Source: a virus (taxonomy: Duplodnaviria > Caudoviricetes). From it: DNA of 28,257 nucleotides. How positions within the stretch are numbered: position 1 is the stretch's first letter; each line of letters begins with the position of its first letter. Position numbers and translations under genes: made by a program. The stretch spans positions 1 to 28,257 of IMG/VR virus record IMGVR_UViG_3300037524_001161; one strand, written 5' to 3'. Below are positions 23,957-28,257 of this stretch, piece after piece. The notes under the pieces are model-generated. The model worked only from the letters and a program-made list of their open reading frames with translations. It did not search any database and was not told the origin of the DNA.

Positions 23957-24946
23957 ATGCAGTTCCAGGTTTACAGAGACAACCTCGGCGACCTCTACAT
24001 GAGGGCCGGATACGTCTGGCAGATTTCCACCGGTGCCATCACCGCCCTCACCGAGCGCGGACTTCCGGTCACAGTGCTCACCACTGTGGGCAATGTGATC
24101 GGCCAACCCTCACCAAGCGACGAGTCACTCATCCCCGCAAGCGGGCCGCTCAAAGTCATCCATGCCGGCGGCAGCGGACGCAACCTCATCCTCAATGCCG
24201 ATGACGCCGCCGTCTGCCTCGAATGGAAACGCCTGCCGCGCGTCTTCCAACCCGCCGGAGCGGACACATGGGTCTCCGGATACTGGACGATCCTCAAAAC
24301 CTCCGCCAGCACCGCCGAGCTACGCGACCAATCGGAAGTCATCGCCGAGATGGCCACCGGCACCGCCCCATTCGGCACCTTCGAATCCTTCGAGTCCGGC
24401 GAGTTCCAATACAATGCGGAAGACCCTTGGTCGGTGGATGCCATTGAGGAACCGGGCGCACCTGGCAACTACCCCCAGGCCAACATCCGCATCGATACCG
24501 GCACCTTTCCGGTCGATGAAATCTTTGCCAGCTCAGACGGGGAAACCTGGACCTTCCCGGATGAAGATGCCGTCCATGTCGTCATCGATCCCTCTGACGG
24601 CAGCGCTGAGCTGAAATACTCCACCAACGTCGTCGCCACGCGTGCCGCAGGAGGAGATCCCACATCGCCCGCCGGAACCTACACCGCCACCAGCTATGGC
24701 GAGACCGAATACAACTCCGGCGACACTTGGACGGCCGTCATCCGCATCCTCTCCACGCCGCCTATGGTCGGCTGGATCTACCTCAAGCTCGCGCTCTCAT
24801 CCGGAGAAATCACCGAACTCGCCGGCCCCTACTTCGCCGCCACCATTCCCACCGACACCGCAGACCTCAAACACGTCCCCATCGCCCATAGCTACGGCCT
24901 CGGCCAACTCACTCAATATCACGCCGGACTCCTCATTTACCCCTGA
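23957..24946 (+). CDS. Acidic tail tip protein with an internal duplication
   Basis: TAELRD..VIA...P.GTF....GE.QYN..D.W and SAELKY..VVA...P.GTY....GE.EYN..D.W. Confidence 0.65.
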   Translation: MQFQVYRDNLGDLYMRAGYVWQISTGAITALTERGLPVTVLTTVGNVIGQPSPSDESLIPASGPLKVIHAGGSGRNLILNADDAAVCLEWKRLPRVFQPAGADTWVSGYWTILKTSASTAELRDQSEVIAEMATGTAPFGTFESFESGEFQYNAEDPWSVDAIEEPGAPGNYPQANIRIDTGTFPVDEIFASSDGETWTFPDEDAVHVVIDPSDGSAELKYSTNVVATRAAGGDPTSPAGTYTATSYGETEYNSGDTWTAVIRILSTPPMVGWIYLKLALSSGEITELAGPYFAATIPTDTADLKHVPIAHSYGLGQLTQYHAGLLIYP

Positions 24947-24951
24947 ATCCC

Positions 24952-25311
24952 ATGACCCCAAAAACACTCCAACTCGAACCCTTCACCGCGGGCGATGCAT
25001 GGTCGGGCATCCCGTCCATCTCCATCACCGAGGGGCCGGAAGGTGGCCCATTCGCCCCGCCTGCCAGCGACCTGGCCACCGTCACCATGCGCTTCCAAAA
25101 AGCCGACGGCTCGGATGAAATCGTGGAGCTATCCAGCGCCGACTCCGAGATCACCATCACCAGCGCCAACGGCTGGACCTTCGCCATCCCGGCCCAAGTG
25201 GTGCCCGGTCTCACCACGGGCCGCTGGAACTGGAACCTCCGCTGCGTCAATGCCGCCGGCATGCCCACCACCTACCTCGTGGGCCAGATCAACGTCCTAC
25301 CCACCATCTAA
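24952..25311 (+). CDS. BppU-N-like baseplate/fibre attachment protein
   Basis: GDAW..I...DL..V.M.F...LSS....ITI...G.W.WNL......TYLVG.I.V pattern. Confidence 0.65.
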   Translation: MTPKTLQLEPFTAGDAWSGIPSISITEGPEGGPFAPPASDLATVTMRFQKADGSDEIVELSSADSEITITSANGWTFAIPAQVVPGLTTGRWNWNLRCVNAAGMPTTYLVGQINVLPTI

Positions 25312-25317
25312 CCCGCC

Positions 25318-25572
25318 ATGGCCAGCAACGTCATTGTGCAAGTGAGCCTGGGCATCAAGGGTGATCCCGGCGATCCCGGCCCGCAGGGCGCTCCCGGCAT
25401 CCAGGGTGAGCCCGGCCCGCCCGGCGCCGACGCCCCGGACAATGCCATCGTCTCGGATACGGCCGCCGTGTTTGATTCCGACGCCGTCACCAACATCGTG
25501 AGCCTGACGGCCGACGCCTACGCGAACCTTGCCAGCATCCATCCCACCACCCTCTACATCATCACCGAATGA
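25318..25572 (+). CDS. Short collagen-like fibre adaptor 1
   Basis: About 9 Gly-X-Y triplets; C-terminal IVSLTADAYANL....TLYII. Confidence 0.8.
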   Translation: MASNVIVQVSLGIKGDPGDPGPQGAPGIQGEPGPPGADAPDNAIVSDTAAVFDSDAVTNIVSLTADAYANLASIHPTTLYIITE

Positions 25573-26327
25573 TCAACCTCGGGTCATCCCCCATCGCCAG
25601 CCTCAAACTCGGCAGCACCGACGTGACCAAGGTCATGCTCGGCTCCACCGAGGTCTGGAGTTCGTGGAGCCCGCTGGATCTGGCACCCGCGCTGTGGCTC
25701 TCCGATACCGGGAGCGATCCCGGTGTGTGGCCGGATATTTCCGGAAATGGACGAAACGCGACTCAAGGCACGCCCGCAAATCAACCAGCGATCATCTCCG
25801 GCGGCTTGAATGGCAAGCAGGTGCGACGGTTCGATGGGTCAAACCACTGGTTCAACATCTCCAAATTTATGACGGGTTCAGCTACGGCGCTTTTTGTGTG
25901 CAAAAGGACCACCGACCCGGCGACCACAACGGCCACCACCGGGCCAGTGTTGGGGGACTGGGGAACTGTCACCTCACAAGGCGTACACTTCCCGTGGACG
26001 GATGGGGCAATTTACGATCATTTTGGCAGCAACGTAAGGAAGACGGTTGGAAACCCGGCATCACCCTTAACAAACTGGCGCATGATTTCCAAAGTATCCG
26101 CCCCTAATGACTGGAGATATTACATCGACGGGGCGTTGTTCTATTCGACGGCTAGTAATACTGTTGCTTGGGGAAACAACCCAAGGATCGGAGCTAGTTA
26201 TTTTAACAGCTACAAATACTACGGGGACATCGCTGAAATCCTCGTCTTTCCCTCCGCACTCTCCAACACCGACCGCCTCGCAGTAGAAACCTACCTCGCC
26301 ACCAAATGGGGCATCACTTTAACCTGA
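25569..26327 (+). CDS. Receptor-binding protein with LamG/ConA-like domain
   Basis: WSPLDL...LWL, WPDISGNGRNATQ, NGKQVRRFDG, YIDG, GDIAEILVFPSALS. Confidence 0.8.
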   Translation: MINLGSSPIASLKLGSTDVTKVMLGSTEVWSSWSPLDLAPALWLSDTGSDPGVWPDISGNGRNATQGTPANQPAIISGGLNGKQVRRFDGSNHWFNISKFMTGSATALFVCKRTTDPATTTATTGPVLGDWGTVTSQGVHFPWTDGAIYDHFGSNVRKTVGNPASPLTNWRMISKVSAPNDWRYYIDGALFYSTASNTVAWGNNPRIGASYFNSYKYYGDIAEILVFPSALSNTDRLAVETYLATKWGITLT

Positions 26328-26330
26328 TCC

Positions 26331-26600
26331 ATGCCCGACGACGACCATATCCACCTGAGTGTGGTGACGAGCCCGCAGGAGGTGACGGTGGCGGCCGTGG
26401 CCGCTGCCGCGCAGCCGGTGGCGGTGGCGGTGGAGACCTTGGCCCAGCCGGTGGCGGTGGTTGTCAGCCAGGGTGCGCCCGGCGCACCCGGCCCGCCCGG
26501 ATCCAATCCCGAATTCGTCATCCTCACGCTCGCCGAATATCTCGCGCTGGCCCCGGAAGTCCAAATGGACGGGCGCTGGTATCTCATCCCCAAAACCTGA
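26331..26600 (+). CDS. Short collagen-like fibre adaptor 2
   Basis: GAPGAPGPPG; C-terminal VILTLAEYLAL.....WYLI. Confidence 0.75.
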   Translation: MPDDDHIHLSVVTSPQEVTVAAVAAAAQPVAVAVETLAQPVAVVVSQGAPGAPGPPGSNPEFVILTLAEYLALAPEVQMDGRWYLIPKT

Positions 26601-26605
26601 GCGCC

Positions 26606-27466
26606 ATGCCCGACGTCGCATTCGAGCGGGCCACCCGCACCCAGGGGCAGGAGATCGGCAAGGTCTTCATCGGCGGCGAGGAAGCGGAGTTCATCTTCGG
26701 GCGCGGCACGCAGCTTTTCCCAAACCTGCCTGTGCCGATCTGGGGGATGCTGGACACCCGCACCTTGCTCGATGCCGATGAGAGATGGTTTGAGTTCGGT
26801 TTCCGCATCAATACCGAGCTTTCCGGCAACGCCGCCGCCGGCTGGACGGATGCCGGAAACTACCTCCGCATCGAGCCGGAATGGAGCCTCGATCTGGCCA
26901 CCTGGCACGCCGGGAAATTCATCCCGGCGCCGGTGCCGGTCATCAACAACGGCGACGGCACCTGGAGTTATTGGAGCCGCTGCATCCACCCCACGGATTC
27001 CGCCGTCAAGAGCGGCCAACTCCAGGCATCGTCGGGCGATGGCTACGGCGGATTCCAAGCCCTCGGCGGCATCAACGGCGACGCGCGCAACAACCCATTC
27101 ACCGCGCTGGTCATTCTCGGAGTCGTCCGCAACCTCGGCGGCTTCCCCTACACGATGCCGGCAGACGCCGCTCGCATGCAAACCGACCTCGCCGCCATCT
27201 TCCCCGGTGCCACCGTCGAGGCCAGCACGAATGTGGATTGGCGCATCATCATCCCCAACATCACCACCAGCGCCTTTAACCAAGCCAACAAGGTTTCCTG
27301 GCCGGGATACCTGGTGCCGGATTTCTTCGGCGATCTCACCAATACAATCGACGGCGGGTTTTTGGCCGGAAATTTCGTCAATGCGCTCGGTGTGCTGATT
27401 TATCAAAAAGGCTTCGCCCGGCTCAAAATCACCGGCGGCAGCCGCTACGACCCCTTCCTACCATGA
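26606..27466 (+). CDS. Second putative fibre head/receptor-binding protein
   Basis: N-terminal IGKVFIGGEEAEFIFGRGTQLF parallels IASLKLGSTDVTKVMLGSTEVW of 25569. Confidence 0.6.
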   Translation: MPDVAFERATRTQGQEIGKVFIGGEEAEFIFGRGTQLFPNLPVPIWGMLDTRTLLDADERWFEFGFRINTELSGNAAAGWTDAGNYLRIEPEWSLDLATWHAGKFIPAPVPVINNGDGTWSYWSRCIHPTDSAVKSGQLQASSGDGYGGFQALGGINGDARNNPFTALVILGVVRNLGGFPYTMPADAARMQTDLAAIFPGATVEASTNVDWRIIIPNITTSAFNQANKVSWPGYLVPDFFGDLTNTIDGGFLAGNFVNALGVLIYQKGFARLKITGGSRYDPFLP

Positions 27467-28083
27467 TTCCCCAAACCATCACCCTGCCCCACCCCGTCAC
27501 GCTCGACCTACGCCAAACGCCAGGCCCGCGCCCGCGCGTCGTTAACCCGGAGTCCACCACCCCACTGCCGGACGATCCGGCGCACGAGCCGGTATGGCAG
27601 GAGTTCACGGAGTTTCCCGCCTGGGTCACCGTGGATGCCAATGCCCGCGAGATCCGCGCCCAGCTCCCGCCCATGCCCCAGATGCTGCCGCTCTACGGCC
27701 CGGCAGACTTCGCCGCCGCCGCAGCGGACACCATGGAAGACCACGCCGCGCGCGTCCTGCACCTGCTTGGCAAGGACCCTGCAAGCGTCCTGCAAGCCCT
27801 CTGCGACGGCACCGAACTGCCGCCCCTGCCGCCCCGCGTGCCGCGTGAGATCCCGAACTGGCGGGCCAAGGTTATCCTGGCTCAGATGGGTTTGCTGGCC
27901 AGCGTCGAGGCCGCCATCGCCGCCCTGCCTGAGCCCGACCATACCGTGGCCAGGCTCGCCTGGGGCGGCGACGCCAAGCTCGCCCGGCGCGGCAATACAG
28001 TCCTCCGTCTCGCCGCCGCCCTCGGTCTCTCGCCCGACCAGATCGATCAGCTTTTCATTGCGGCCGAGGCGTTGGAGGTGTGA
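27463..28083 (+). CDS. Tail-fibre-associated protein (assembly chaperone-like C-terminal domain)
   Basis: VP..I...RAK..L...GLL..VEAAI.........W.....R.......LGLS..QID.LF..A, common after phage fibre genes. Confidence 0.7.
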   Translation: MIPQTITLPHPVTLDLRQTPGPRPRVVNPESTTPLPDDPAHEPVWQEFTEFPAWVTVDANAREIRAQLPPMPQMLPLYGPADFAAAAADTMEDHAARVLHLLGKDPASVLQALCDGTELPPLPPRVPREIPNWRAKVILAQMGLLASVEAAIAALPEPDHTVARLAWGGDAKLARRGNTVLRLAAALGLSPDQIDQLFIAAEALEV

Positions 28084-28131
28084 TTTTTCTCAAATCACTG
28101 TCCATTTTTCTCATTTCGAATGTCCCTTACA
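28083..28131. repeat. Prophage right end: two tandem putative transposase-binding sites plus terminal CA
   Basis: ATTTTTCTCA-aatcac-TGTCC (28083-28103), ATTTTTCTCA-tttcgaa-TGTCC (28104-28125), then CTTACA. Confidence 0.8.
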
Positions 28132-28186
28132 TCTGCTAGGAAGCAAACGTCAAGCAAGCGCGGCCATGCCGCGTTTTTCAGGCCGC

Positions 28187-28257
28187 ATGAACGCGCAGGA
28201 ATACCACATCCCGGAGCCGGACGTCATCGTGATCGGCGGCGGTCCGGCGGGATCGAC
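28187..28257 (+). CDS. Host FAD-dependent oxidoreductase (halogenase/geranylgeranyl reductase-like), N-terminus only
   Basis: MNAQEYHIPEPDVIVIGGGPAGS, Rossmann GxGxxG; alternative in-frame ATG at 28166. Confidence 0.8.
   Translation, partial: MNAQEYHIPEPDVIVIGGGPAGS

Larger units (their letters stand above)
1..28131. mobile_element. Mu-like transposable prophage (left part outside the window), BcepMu/B3-like divergent organisation, siphovirus-type tail
   Basis: DDE transposase plus MuB-like gene, Mu gp25-gp28-like packaging block, MuF domain, head and tail genes, Mu-style right end finishing in CA at 28131, then a host-type enzyme gene. Confidence 0.93.

Noticed and set aside
25351-25440. 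GC-rich 9-nt periodic repeats
   Set aside because: Explained by collagen Gly-X-Y coding
25569-28083. Diversity-generating retroelement or invertible tail segment
   Set aside because: No reverse transcriptase, no TR/VR pair, and no invertase or flanking inverted sites seen in the window

Overview
Most of the window (1-28131) is the larger part of a GC-rich Mu-like transposable prophage in the BcepMu/B3-type layout. A leftward early/transposition operon (Ner/Cro-like HTH, small regulators, DDE transposase, start of a MuB-like gene) diverges from a rightward repressor operon. This is followed by lysis genes, a Mu-type packaging module, an HK97-type head, a siphovirus-type tail and receptor-binding genes. 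The right end is visible as two tandem 21-22 bp putative transposase sites followed by a terminal CA at 28130-28131, after which a host FAD-dependent oxidoreductase begins. The host is probably Verrucomicrobiota, inferred from leader style, REP-like repeats and a C-terminal FFRL motif, but this is unverified. The most notable observations are: (1) a stand-alone paralogue of the phage's own MuF C-terminal domain encoded directly behind the repressor, a candidate decoy immunity factor; (2) a stand-alone transposase DNA-binding-like domain in the early operon; (3) a transposase split into two genes at a heptamer repeat array; (4) strand-oriented heptamer arrays in front of many start codons, and an identical 29-nt REP-like hairpin translated in opposite orientations inside two genes. 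All functional calls come from motif recognition and synteny by eye; no database searches were run.
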